Positions 8,704 to 17,357 of a DNA stretch of 64,000 nt are shown piece by piece (the first letter of the stretch is position 1; every line of letters begins with the position of its first letter). The notes under the pieces are model-generated. The model was not told the origin of the DNA. It made no database searches and was given only the letters and a program-made list of their open reading frames with translations. This stretch comes from Acidobacteriota bacterium (lineage in GTDB: Bacteria > Acidobacteriota > Thermoanaerobaculia > Multivoradales > UBA5704). Position numbers and translations under genes: made by a program. The stretch is from NCBI GenBank assembly GCA_046765915.1, contig JBKPTH010000003.1, forward strand, positions 63,524-127,523. Direction: 5' to 3'.

Positions 8704-8807
8704 AGCATCCCTGATCGGCGCGGCCCGCCTCCGCCGGTGGCGAGGCGGGCCGGCCGCCGGCCGAGTATGAAAAGATCCGAGCCCTCTCGTTCCTCGATGG
8801 AGGCTCC

Positions 8808-9605
8808 ATGATCTCGAAGCGAGCCGTTTTCTGGATGATCCTGGCGCTGGCGTCGCTGCCGGCCTTGGCGCACGACACCTGGCTGCTGGCCCGGAGCGGC
8901 GCCGTGGTGCCCGGCACCGCGGTCATCCTGGACCTGACGAGCGGCATGGCGTTCCCGGCCAACGAGACGGCGATCAAGCCCGAGCGTATCTCCCGGGCGG
9001 CCGGCCGGCTGGCGGGAGAGACTTCAGATCTCAAGGATCGGCAGACCGCCGCCAAATCCCTCGAGCTCACCGCGCGGTTGTCCAAGCCGGGCGTGGCGTC
9101 CTTGTGGGTCGAGCTGGCGCCGAAGTCGATCGACCTCACGCCGGAGCAGGTGAAGGAGTACCTCGACGAGATCGGCGCGCCCGAGGCGGTGCGGCGGGCG
9201 TGGGCCGCGATGCCGGCGCCGCGGCGCTGGCGCGAGCTGTACTCCAAGCACGCGAAAGCCTACGTGCGCGTCGGCGAGCCCGCGGACGACCGCTCCTGGG
9301 CCGAGCCCGTGGGCATGGGGCTGGAGATCGTGCCGGAGAAGGACCCGACGGCGCTGCGCCCCGGCGACGAGCTGCCTGTCCGCGTGCTGCGGAACGGCCA
9401 GCCCTTCGCCTCGTTCGCGGTCGGCCTCGTCGGCCCAGGAAACGCGCAGGGTGTTCTCAAAACGACGGACGATCAAGGGCGCGCGATCTTCCCCATTGGC
9501 AAAGCCGGCCGCTGGCTGCTGCGCGCCACCGACGTGCGGCGCTCCGCGAAGCCCGAAGCGGACTGGGAGAGCGACTTCACGACGGTGACGTTCGAGGTGC
9601 GGTGA
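8808..9605 (+). CDS. Periplasmic protein with signal peptide, DUF4198-like (family assignment tentative).
   Basis: 265 aa. Signal peptide followed by AHDTWLL... The HD-TW start of the mature protein is reminiscent of DUF4198 metal-uptake-associated proteins. Confidence 0.55.
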   Translation: MISKRAVFWMILALASLPALAHDTWLLARSGAVVPGTAVILDLTSGMAFPANETAIKPERISRAAGRLAGETSDLKDRQTAAKSLELTARLSKPGVASLWVELAPKSIDLTPEQVKEYLDEIGAPEAVRRAWAAMPAPRRWRELYSKHAKAYVRVGEPADDRSWAEPVGMGLEIVPEKDPTALRPGDELPVRVLRNGQPFASFAVGLVGPGNAQGVLKTTDDQGRAIFPIGKAGRWLLRATDVRRSAKPEADWESDFTTVTFEVR

Positions 9606-9626
9606 GGCGGCTATGATGCGTCCGGC

Positions 9627-10427
9627 ATGAATCCGCGTTTCCTCCTCTTGATCCTGGGCGGTGCCTTCGTCGGTCTCTTCCTGCTCGAGCGCCTTTTCCC
9701 GTTGCGCCGGCGGACCTGCTCGATCCTGCGTCGCCTCGTCGCCAACTTGTTCGTCGCGGCCCTGGCCTTCGGCACCGCGGCGGTCATGGTGCGGCCGGTC
9801 GTCCTCTCGCTGCTCGGCTGGACGGCGGCACGCGACTTCGGTCTCGTTTACCTGCTGCCGTTCCCGGCCGGCCGCGTCATCCTCGGTTTCCTGCTCATGG
9901 ATCTCGCCTTCTATTACTGGCATCGCGTCAACCATCGCTGGCCGTTCCTGTGGCGCTTCCACAACGTCCACCACATCGACCCGGACCTCGACGTCTCGAC
10001 CAGCTTCCGTTTCCATTTCGGCGAAGTGGCGTTCTCCGTCGCCTTCCGCGTGGTCCAGGTGACGCTCTCCGGAGTCTCCGTCTGGACCTACGGCGTCTAC
10101 GAGCTGGCCTTTCAGCTCAACACCCTGTTTCAGCACAGCAATCTGCGCCTGCCGATCGCCCTCGAGCGACCGCTCAACCGGCTGCTGGTGACGCCGCGGA
10201 TGCACGGCATCCACCATTCGCAGGTGCGGAGCGAGACCGATTCCAACTTCTCGGTCGTGCTCTCCTGGTGGGACCGCCTGCACGGTACGCTGCGGCTCAA
10301 CGTGCCGCAGGACGCGATCGCCATCGGCGTGCCCGCCTACACGCTCCCCGGCGACCGCACGCTCTGGCATGGATTGACGCTGCCGTTCCGCCGCCAGCGC
10401 GACTACTGGCGCCTCCCGGACGGCTGA
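9627..10427 (+). CDS. Fatty-acid hydroxylase / sterol-desaturase superfamily membrane protein.
   Basis: Histidine boxes HRVNH, HNVHH and HGIHH are present, with multiple TM segments. 266 aa. Confidence 0.85.
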   Translation: MNPRFLLLILGGAFVGLFLLERLFPLRRRTCSILRRLVANLFVAALAFGTAAVMVRPVVLSLLGWTAARDFGLVYLLPFPAGRVILGFLLMDLAFYYWHRVNHRWPFLWRFHNVHHIDPDLDVSTSFRFHFGEVAFSVAFRVVQVTLSGVSVWTYGVYELAFQLNTLFQHSNLRLPIALERPLNRLLVTPRMHGIHHSQVRSETDSNFSVVLSWWDRLHGTLRLNVPQDAIAIGVPAYTLPGDRTLWHGLTLPFRRQRDYWRLPDG

Positions 10428-10824
10428 GCGGTCGAACGCGATCCGGCCCAGTTGGGGCAGGACCTCTACAGGCTGGAGGAGTGACAACGGCCGAAAGACA
10501 TGGAGGTGACGGACATCACACTGGCCGGTTCGTCTTCCGGCCGCGAAGCGACAAGCCGACGGGCGGCTGCGCGTTCCGGAAAGCGGCCAGGTATTCCGTC
10601 TGGATGGAGAGCGGCGGCTCGGCGAGCTGCGCAGCAAGGCCTGAGAAATGTTTTTCGGCTACCGTAGTCGGTGGCGCCTTCCCGCCGCATCAGCTTCAGC
10701 TTGAGCGCCATTCCAGACGCAGGGCGCGTCTCAGAAGTTGCTCTCTGGTTGCCGCGCTTTCGGCCAGGGCCGCCATCACAACTGATAGTACGCCGGCTTG
10801 GGAGGGTGAGCCGGTAAGAGGCTT

Positions 10825-11070
10825 CAACCCGTCAGTTGGACTCTCCAACCCGCCGGTTGCGCTCTCCAACTCGCCAGTTGAGATCTCCAACCCGTCGGTT
10901 GCGCTCTCCAACCGGCCAGTTGGACTCTCCAACCCGCCGGTTGGGCTCTCCAACTCGGCGGTTGCGCTCTCCAACCCGCCGGTTGGGCTCTCCAATCCGC
11001 CGGTTGGACGGCTCAACTCGCCGGTTGGAAGCCCCAACTACTCAGTTGAAGAGTCCAACTCGCGAGTTGC
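10825..11070. repeat. 21-bp tandem repeat array, ~11.5 copies (consensus CCGCCGGTTG[CG]GCTCTCCAAC).
   Basis: Direct reading: ccgtcagttggactctccaac / ccgccggttgcgctctccaac / tcgccagttgagatctccaac ... with progressive degeneration toward the 3' end. Period 21 = 7 codons. It encodes SPTRRLR heptads on the + strand and LESPTGG heptads on the - strand. Confidence 0.9.
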
Positions 11071-12004
11071 CCGGCCTCATGATTCCCGCCTTGTACTGAA
11101 TCGCCTCCGCGAGATGCGCGGCGCGGATGGCATCGCTCCCTGCGAGGTCGGCGACGGTCCGGGCGACTTTGAGGGCGCCCGTCACCGCACGGACCGAAAG
11201 TCCGAGCTTCTCGACGGCCTGGTCGCGGAGGACGCTACCGGCAGGGTCGAGGCGGCAATAGTGTTGGCTCGCGGCTGAGGCGAGGGAGGCATTGAGCCGG
11301 CCGCAACGCTCCTGCTGGATCCTCCGGGCAGCGGCCACCCGGCGGGCCACGGTCTCGGAACACTCTCCGGCGCTGGATCTCAACTCCTTGAGGCTGACGT
11401 GCGGCACCGGCACGACGAGGTCGAGCCGGTCGAGCATCGCTCCGGAGATCGGGCTGAGGTAACGGGCGACCGCGCGCGGCGAGCATCGGCACGGTTCCTC
11501 ATGACGCCAGCCGCAAGGGCAGGCGTTCATCGCGGCGATCAGGAGGAACCGCGCCGGCAAGGTTCGGCTCCGCCGCAGCAAGGGCACCGTCACGGTCCCG
11601 CGCTCCAGCGGCCCGCGCAGCCCGTCGAGCACCTTCCGCCGGAAAAGCGGCAGCTCGTCGAGAAAGAGCGTCCCGTAATGGGCGAGACTGACCTCGCCCG
11701 GCTTCCCTCTGCCGCCGATCATGCCGGTCGGAGTCGTGGCCGGCGGCGGCCTGCGGAACGGCCGGCGGGGATTCGGCGGCGCGCCGTTCCGGCTCAGGGC
11801 GTAGATCCCGGCCACCTCGGCGGCCTCTTCGTCCGTCAACGGCGGCAGCAAGGAGGGCACCCTCTCCGCCAGCATGGTCTTGCCGGCGCCGGGCGGCCCC
11901 ACCATCAACAGGTGATGACCCCCTGCCGCCGCCACCTCCAACGCCCGCTTGGCGGTTTCCTGTCCGCGCACCTCGGCAAGATCCGGTAGCAGGCTCCGCT
12001 CCAC
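11042..12004 (-). CDS. YifB/ComM-family Mg-chelatase-like AAA+ ATPase lacking the N-terminal Lon-like domain (GTG start).
   Basis: Collinear with the E. coli YifB AAA+ region onward: VRGQETAKRALEVAAAGGHHLLMVGPPGAGKTMLAERVPSLLPPL, SLAHYGTLFLDELPLF, ARFLLIAAMN, LSVRAVTGALKVARTVADL, AIQYKA. The ~180-aa N-terminal domain is absent. The tail overlaps the first units of the 21-bp repeat. Confidence 0.8.
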   Translation of the reverse strand: MERSLLPDLAEVRGQETAKRALEVAAAGGHHLLMVGPPGAGKTMLAERVPSLLPPLTDEEAAEVAGIYALSRNGAPPNPRRPFRRPPPATTPTGMIGGRGKPGEVSLAHYGTLFLDELPLFRRKVLDGLRGPLERGTVTVPLLRRSRTLPARFLLIAAMNACPCGWRHEEPCRCSPRAVARYLSPISGAMLDRLDLVVPVPHVSLKELRSSAGECSETVARRVAAARRIQQERCGRLNASLASAASQHYCRLDPAGSVLRDQAVEKLGLSVRAVTGALKVARTVADLAGSDAIRAAHLAEAIQYKAGIMRPGNSRVGLFN

Positions 12005-12005
12005 T

Positions 12006-12248
12006 TCAGGAGTGAATCCTCTGGAGGAGGCCGTCCAGCTCGTCGAGCTTCCGGAGGGCGGGCTCGAGGTCGTCCGTGAGCAGACACTCCATGGTGCCCA
12101 GCAGATCCGTCTCAGGATCTTCCATCTCGTCCTCGGGGACTTCGGGCTGCTGCCGCCGCAGGAAGTCCCGCGCCTCGCGGCCGAAGTCGCTCATCTCCTG
12201 CTTCAGCCTGCGCGCTCTCTCTCGAAGCTCTTCCGCTCGTGTCTCCAT
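12006..12248 (-). CDS. Small acidic coiled-coil hypothetical protein (80 aa). Its stop abuts the GTG start of the YifB-like gene.
   Basis: GGAGGAGGAC-ATG start. TGA-a-GTG coupling to the downstream gene. Highly charged sequence METRAEELRERARRLKQEMSDF... Confidence 0.5.
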   Translation of the reverse strand: METRAEELRERARRLKQEMSDFGREARDFLRRQQPEVPEDEMEDPETDLLGTMECLLTDDLEPALRKLDELDGLLQRIHS

Positions 12249-12375
12249 GTCCTCCTCCAAGGCGGCGGCTCGGCTGGGCGCGACAAGTTGCGTCTCGGCG
12301 CGACCGACGCATCTTGCTCGTTTATACTGTCGCTTGCTATTTATGTCAATAGAAGACGAGTTGGGAGGTTCTCGA

Positions 12376-12404
12376 TTTGACAGTCAGGGGTCTGTGGGAT
12401 AGAC
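12376..12404 (+). promoter_or_regulatory. Sigma-70-like promoter TTGACA-17 nt-TAGACT; would give a near-leaderless transcript for 12414..12875.
   Basis: TTGACA (12376..12381), a 17-nt spacer, and TAGACT (12399..12404) 10 nt upstream of the ATG. Low-GC divergent intergenic region. Confidence 0.45.
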
Positions 12405-12413
12405 TTTCTGGCG

Positions 12414-12875
12414 ATGATGGAGGAGACGGAGCAGCTACTGAAGGTATTGCGCACCGCCGTGCGCGTCCTCGGCCACACAAATCAGGAGATCGAGGACAAG
12501 CTCGGCGTCTACCACGGTTACCTGGGCCGGCTGTTCAAGGGCGCCATCCAGCTCCAGTTCGAGGACATCGTCAAGATCGCGCATGCCCTCGACATGGAAA
12601 CGGGCGAGCTCCTCCAGTTCGTCTACCCGCAGACGTCCAAGCCCGCCACCGAAGGCGCCAAGCGGCTGCGCGAGACGCTGCAGCAACTGCAACCGGCGAT
12701 GGCCGTGCCCGAAGTGCCTGCCCCCACTATCCCCGAACCCGTTGCGCCTCCCGCTCCCGCCGCTGCTGCCGCTTCAGACCTGAGCGCCAGGCTCGCGCAG
12801 GACCTCGATCAGTTGGTGCAGCAGAAGCTCGAGCAGCTCGTGGCCGGGTTGTTCCGGGGAGCCGGGCGGGAGTAG
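12414..12875 (+). CDS. HTH (XRE/Cro-like) DNA-binding protein with a Pro/Ala-rich C-terminal region.
   Basis: GHTNQEIEDKLGVYHGYLGRLFKGAIQLQFEDIVKIAHALDMETGELL resembles an HTH_XRE helix-turn-helix. 153 aa. Confidence 0.55.
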   Translation: MMEETEQLLKVLRTAVRVLGHTNQEIEDKLGVYHGYLGRLFKGAIQLQFEDIVKIAHALDMETGELLQFVYPQTSKPATEGAKRLRETLQQLQPAMAVPEVPAPTIPEPVAPPAPAAAAASDLSARLAQDLDQLVQQKLEQLVAGLFRGAGRE

Positions 12876-12896
12876 CAGAGGCGAGCAGGCCTGCCT

Positions 12897-13892
12897 CTAC
12901 GGTTCGGCGAAGATCACGTCGTAGGTAGGCCAGGGCCTTAAATCGCCGGTTCCTGAGCGCATCTCGACACGGGCTACATAGCGAAAGAGATTGCCGTATT
13001 GATCTCGGACCCGAGTTTGCTTGTAGGCATATTCGAGAGCCGCGACCCGCACACTGTCTAGCGACTGGATCTCCTCTGCTTGGCTCACGCCATCCCGGTT
13101 CGTATCGTTCCATACGCAAAGCTCGCGAAACTTCGAATCACGCGCGTCAACCTTGCCGTCCTCGTTGCCACCAAGCTCAGGCCCGTCCAGTTCTTCGAGC
13201 GCTCTGTACCCGACCTTCGCCGGCTTTCCGGACGCGAGAGGAGTTGCATAGCCGAAGAGCTCGCGGCCGTCGTCAATGGCGCCGTTGTGGTTCCTGTCCC
13301 AGCAAAGAAACGCGTCGTTCCCGCCTGCTTCCGTCCAGGCAATTTCTTCCGCAGCTCCATCGGCGTCGATGTCGAAGCGGACAGGCGGATTGGAGCCTGA
13401 TAGATGAAAGCCATCCAGCCGCAAATCGAGGAGGATCGGGCAGTTCTCTTTCGGAGGCGGAGGAGGTGGCTCTCCTAGATGAATGTAGTCGGTGCAAGCC
13501 GGCCCTCTTATCTCGTTGCTGTGCAGATTGTATGCGTTAGCGTGAGCAACTGCCGTGGAAGTATAACATCCAAATTCGACATCCATAATGCCGGTCACGC
13601 TGTTGGCGTAGCCAATTGGCGACACGAACTGTTCTTGATAGCGGATCCTGTGGTTGTTGGAATTCTCGACTTTGTGGTTCAGATTGATCTCTTCATATAA
13701 CCTTCCATTCGGGCCATAGAGAGTCGCCCTGGCAAAGGAAGAGACGAATGCGGACGCCGAGTACTGATACGCCCATGCTGTAATCTCGCTGTCTATTAAT
13801 GCTTGGTATCCTGGCTCTTGTGCCGAAAGAGCGCGAGCCACCAGAAGACCCGGGATAAGCCATGCGGCTGGACTACGGAGCCCAGGAGTCAT
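12897..13892 (-). CDS. Secreted protein with dockerin/EF-hand-like Ca-binding repeats; markedly lower GC (~50%) than its surroundings.
   Basis: Start MTPGLRSPAAWLIPGLLVARALSAQEP (signal peptide) with RBS GGAGG. Repeats DIDADGAAEEIAWTEAGGNDAFLCWDRNHNGAIDDGRELFG and NEDGKVDARDSKFRELCVWNDTNRDGVSQAEEI (DxDxDG-like loops). GC drops visibly across 13000..13880. Confidence 0.7.
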   Translation of the reverse strand: MTPGLRSPAAWLIPGLLVARALSAQEPGYQALIDSEITAWAYQYSASAFVSSFARATLYGPNGRLYEEINLNHKVENSNNHRIRYQEQFVSPIGYANSVTGIMDVEFGCYTSTAVAHANAYNLHSNEIRGPACTDYIHLGEPPPPPPKENCPILLDLRLDGFHLSGSNPPVRFDIDADGAAEEIAWTEAGGNDAFLCWDRNHNGAIDDGRELFGYATPLASGKPAKVGYRALEELDGPELGGNEDGKVDARDSKFRELCVWNDTNRDGVSQAEEIQSLDSVRVAALEYAYKQTRVRDQYGNLFRYVARVEMRSGTGDLRPWPTYDVIFAEP

Positions 13893-14689
13893 TGGCAACC
13901 TCCTTCCCAGAAACGAGCTTGCACGGCGAGCTCGGCGGGTTCCGAGTCCGAGAACGAATACATGGTTCCGATAGTGGGAGCCACAGCTTCGTATAGCAGG
14001 CGGAGGAAGGGTTCTTCGCCGAATTCTTCCATCGCGGCAGCGAACGCCTGGGCTCGCGCTCGGCACTTGCGCATTGCCGCACGGTCTTTTTTGAAGTCGG
14101 CAAAGGATTTGGGCTGAGGGAGGCGCAGCCGCTCCGACTCGCGCTCTAACTCGAGGAAAGGAGCCGCCGCCTTCTCCAGCCGCGGCCAGAGATCCTCGCC
14201 AAAGCCGAGGGCGGCGGCCCGGGCCTCGATCGGTTCTCTTAACTCGCGATCGCCCGGCCTGTCAGCAGGAAAACCGCGATCTAGGAGAATGTTGAACAGC
14301 TGAGCGGGCATGAGAATCTCCGGTACCCTCTTCCCATCGATGACGTCTATGGGTGGCCTGGCCTGAGGGTCCACCTTAAAGAGAGGGTCGTCCTCCTCAG
14401 GGAGCAGGAGACGATCGCGAATGGCCTTCTGCTCGGCTTCCTTCTCCCGTACCCGCGTTGCCATCGCTTCGGGATCGAACCTTTTCGCCAGCCGTTCATC
14501 GAGCGTCCATTTCCAAGCAGGTTTCTGGATAGGTACCTCCGGCCGATTCGCGGCTCCAGGATCACGCGCAGTGTCCGGCTGCTCGCCGGCAGATTGGGCG
14601 TCTCCGGCGGGAGCCCGCATAGCCAGAAGCAGAAAGGTGAGAACCGGCCACAAGAGCAGGCCACTGCTACGACTGCCAAGACGGGTCAT
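13889..14689 (-). CDS. Secreted hypothetical protein (266 aa), translationally coupled (ATGA overlap) to 12897..13892.
   Basis: Start MTRLGSRSSGLLLWPVLTFLLLAMRAPAGDAQS with AAGGAGG 5 nt upstream. Its stop overlaps the downstream start. Confidence 0.65.
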   Translation of the reverse strand: MTRLGSRSSGLLLWPVLTFLLLAMRAPAGDAQSAGEQPDTARDPGAANRPEVPIQKPAWKWTLDERLAKRFDPEAMATRVREKEAEQKAIRDRLLLPEEDDPLFKVDPQARPPIDVIDGKRVPEILMPAQLFNILLDRGFPADRPGDRELREPIEARAAALGFGEDLWPRLEKAAAPFLELERESERLRLPQPKSFADFKKDRAAMRKCRARAQAFAAAMEEFGEEPFLRLLYEAVAPTIGTMYSFSDSEPAELAVQARFWEGGCQ

Positions 14690-14883
14690 GCATGCCTCCT
14701 TGCCTGAGCAGCGTGGCACCCTGCAGCGGACGGCGAAATCACAACGGAATCTCAGCCGGCCGTCTTTTACTTCAGGCCCTTCTTGTCTACCATGGTTCTG
14801 AGAGACAGGTCAAGGCTCGGCGCCAGAGAGAGTTGTCGTTCGAGCTTGAAAGGAACAGCTCAGGAGGGAGACACGCCCTACCC

Positions 14884-16164
14884 CTAGCGCTTCGCCTCCG
14901 GATCGCTCTCCAGCTTGCGCAGCTCGGCCGCCACCCTCTCGACCATCAGCCGCGTCGCCAGGCCGGCCTTGAGGCAATAGTGCAGGATGGCGATGCTGAC
15001 CAGCGCCTCGCGGTTCACCCCCAGCGCCAGGAAGACCTCGTAGGCGGTCGTCATCACCTCGCGCGCCTGACGGGTGTTTCCCCGGCCCAGGAGCACCCCC
15101 GCGAGGTCCAGCGAGGCGAGCGCGGCGTCGTAGGCGCGGCCGGCGGCTGTCATCCCGTCGCGCACTTCGAGGAAGGTCCGCTCCGCGCGCTCCAGCCTCT
15201 CGAGCCCGGCGTCGACGCGGCCCTCCAGCCAGCGCAGCTTGAGCTGGTTGATGCGGCCGCCCTGGTGAGTCTGCAAGGGCCGGAGCTCGAAGAGCTGCCG
15301 CTCCGCCTCGCGGAAGCGGCCACAGTCGCAGAGGATCCAGACCTGAGTCTGCATCGCGGCAAAGGCCAGGTCCGGGTCGCGCGAGTCCTCGATGAGGGCG
15401 AGGCTCCGCCGCAGGATGGCCAGGGCTTCCTCGGGATGGCCGGCGTAGGTCGCGCAGATGCCCAACTGGACGAGCGCTTTCCCGGCGAGGTGCTTGTCGC
15501 CGAGGGAGCGGTAGCCGCGGTAGACCTTCTTGAGCCTCGCGGCGGCCTCGTGGAACCGCCGCCGAGCAACGTCGAGGGGAGCCTCTCGTTCGAGGAGGAA
15601 GATCTCAAGCGAGAGATCCCGCGTGCCCAGCTCGAAGAGCTCGCGGGCGCGGCCCATGGCGGCGGCCGCCTCGTCGAGCCGCTGCGCCACCCGCAGGGCG
15701 TTGGCCACCGCGGCCTGGGCCCGGCACTGGAAGTCGAACGTCTGCTTGCAGCCATACCGGCGCGCCTTCAGGCGGATGGAAACCCGGTACGCCAGCCCGG
15801 CGAGCAGGAGCATGCGCTGCGGATTGTCGTGGCGGATTGCCCAGCTCCTCTCCAGGAGGGCCAGGAACCGCGCGTACATCCCGAAGTGGGAGGGGAGCTC
15901 CGCGGCGACCTTGACCTCGTCTTCGCTCTCGAACCAGGCGAGGATCTTCCTCGCCTGCGCCTCCTGGACGCGCAGGTGGCGCTCGAGCCCCGGGAGGCCG
16001 CCGAAGACCTTGTCGAGAACGTCGTCGTAATCGCGGTCCCGCGGCGCAATGGAGAGCGCGGCCGGCGGGCCGGCGCGGCGGCGGAGCGCGGCGAGCAGCC
16101 GGCCGCGGCAGCTCTCCCAGAGCCGCGCGAAACGGCCCCGCATCGTGTTGCCGCGGCGGGTCAC
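14884..16164 (-). CDS. TPR-like helical-repeat protein (paralog of 17355..18805).
   Basis: 426 aa. Shares the ...YDAALASLDL... block and overall helical-repeat character with the downstream + strand paralog. Confidence 0.65.
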   Translation of the reverse strand: MTRRGNTMRGRFARLWESCRGRLLAALRRRAGPPAALSIAPRDRDYDDVLDKVFGGLPGLERHLRVQEAQARKILAWFESEDEVKVAAELPSHFGMYARFLALLERSWAIRHDNPQRMLLLAGLAYRVSIRLKARRYGCKQTFDFQCRAQAAVANALRVAQRLDEAAAAMGRARELFELGTRDLSLEIFLLEREAPLDVARRRFHEAAARLKKVYRGYRSLGDKHLAGKALVQLGICATYAGHPEEALAILRRSLALIEDSRDPDLAFAAMQTQVWILCDCGRFREAERQLFELRPLQTHQGGRINQLKLRWLEGRVDAGLERLERAERTFLEVRDGMTAAGRAYDAALASLDLAGVLLGRGNTRQAREVMTTAYEVFLALGVNREALVSIAILHYCLKAGLATRLMVERVAAELRKLESDPEAKR

Positions 16165-16270
16165 GAGCTGATTCCCATGCGAGGCACTATTCTCTCATAA
16201 GCGGAAATCCAGGGCCAGCTCCGCAAAGGAAGGGCGGCCGCGCGGGGGCCGCCCCTACGGGAGATAGGCC

Positions 16271-16615
16271 CTAGTGGTCCGGGTCGGCTCCGCTTCCGGC
16301 ATTGCTCTGAGGCCGGCAGAGGGTGGAACCGCCCATCGGATCGATGCAGCCGCCTTCCTTTTGCCACGCCGGCGCGGGAGTCTCGGGCGGTCTCGTAATC
16401 CTCAAGGACGGGCAGGGGGTGGAACCGCCATCCGGATCGATGCAGCCCCCTGCCTTCTCCGCCCACAGCTCCGCGAGCCAGCTCCACGCGGCGTGAGCGA
16501 GGCCGGAGCCCGGCGCCCACTCCGGCCAGCCGAGCGCTCGGGCCGGAGCCGCCACGGCGAGCGCCGCCGCCAGGAGGGTGGCGGCGGCGGTAGATCGCAT
16601 CCATGTCCTCTTCAT
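16271..16615 (-). CDS. Small secreted protein with duplicated GGCIDPxGGSTxC motif (114 aa).
   Basis: MKRTWMRSTAAATLLAAALAVAAPARA signal peptide, RBS GAGGAGAGAC. Internal repeat AEKAGGCIDPDGGSTPC / QKEGGCIDPMGGSTLC. Other ORF-track entries over 16161..17227 were judged artefacts. Confidence 0.55.
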   Translation of the reverse strand: MKRTWMRSTAAATLLAAALAVAAPARALGWPEWAPGSGLAHAAWSWLAELWAEKAGGCIDPDGGSTPCPSLRITRPPETPAPAWQKEGGCIDPMGGSTLCRPQSNAGSGADPDH

Positions 16616-16952
16616 AGGTCTCTCCTCGGACCACGGGCCGGCCGGGCGCCGCCATGGCGCCAGCGCCCGCGGTCGCAACGTCCTGCCGTTGCCTGAAGCC
16701 CAAGTTTGGCACGCGGCGGGAAGAATTTTCCCGCCGGCGCACGCGCCGTTCCCGCCCGCCCAGGATTCCGCAAGCGACAGGCTAAGAACGTCATCGATTC
16801 CAGCTACTAGTTCTCTCAACAGACAACATCCTACGATACTAGACAAGGAATGCAAGTTTATGTCTGATAGAGTTGAAGATCGAGAGGCGCAATATGATAG
16901 ACTGGAATAACAGGCTGCAAGAAGCTGTTCGGCGGAGAAAGGAGCTTGCTGT

Positions 16953-17357
16953 ATGAGACAGACGAGCCATGATTCTGCGGCAAAGCTTGAGATTGTGCTG
17001 ACCCCTACCGAGCTGGAAGACCTGTCCGCGCGGATCGGGGAGCGGATCGTCCGCCTGCGCCAGCGGCGGGGATGGGACCGCGTGGAGCTGGCGCGGCGCC
17101 TCGGGGTGCGGCGCGAGAGGCTGGCGAAGTGGGAGCAGGGGAAGTGCGCGCCGCCCCTGGAGATGCTGATCCGCCTGGCCCGCACACTCGGTGTGTCCGT
17201 GGACGAGCTGATCACCGGCGAGCCCACGGTTCAGGGGTGTCTGACTCCGCGGCAGTACGAAGACCTGGAGCTCCTTCTCGAAGCCGTGCGGAAGGTGCTC
17301 CACGAGCCGGGGCCGGTTTCTTTGCTGGGCAAGGACGCCCAAGGAGGCAGGCGATGA
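16953..17357 (+). CDS. XRE-family HTH transcriptional regulator.
   Basis: LRQRRGWDRVELARRLGVRRERLAKWEQGKCAPPLEMLIRLARTLGVSVDELI is a canonical HTH_XRE. RBS AGGAG. The stop overlaps the ATG of the next gene (ATGA). The AT-rich upstream region carries direct repeats TGATAGAG/TGATAGAC (16865..16902). Confidence 0.85.
   Translation: MRQTSHDSAAKLEIVLTPTELEDLSARIGERIVRLRQRRGWDRVELARRLGVRRERLAKWEQGKCAPPLEMLIRLARTLGVSVDELITGEPTVQGCLTPRQYEDLELLLEAVRKVLHEPGPVSLLGKDAQGGRR

Noticed and set aside
8719-8750. 10-bp GC hairpin after the Cys-rich peptide gene as a canonical terminator
   Set aside because: The stem is strong but there is no U-tract. It is mentioned in the evidence but not called as an intrinsic terminator.
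9024-10637. 537-aa minus-strand ORF and 9950..11278 + 442-aa ORF
   Set aside because: They overlap the well-supported DUF4198-like and fatty-acid hydroxylase genes and the tandem repeat. Composition is Arg/Pro/Gly-rich with no start context.
12878-12899. Hairpin between convergent genes 12414..12875 and 12897..13892 as a bidirectional terminator
   Set aside because: The stem overlaps the stop codon of the minus-strand gene and lacks flanking T-runs. The call is too uncertain.
14692-16200. 502-aa plus-strand ORF
   Set aside because: It is antisense to the TPR-like gene 14884..16164, which has a paralog supporting its frame.
16161-17227. Overlapping long minus and plus ORFs across 16161..17227
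   Set aside because: Only the 3' portion (16271..16615) has a start with an RBS and signal peptide. The rest overlaps the XRE regulator gene and its AT-rich promoter.
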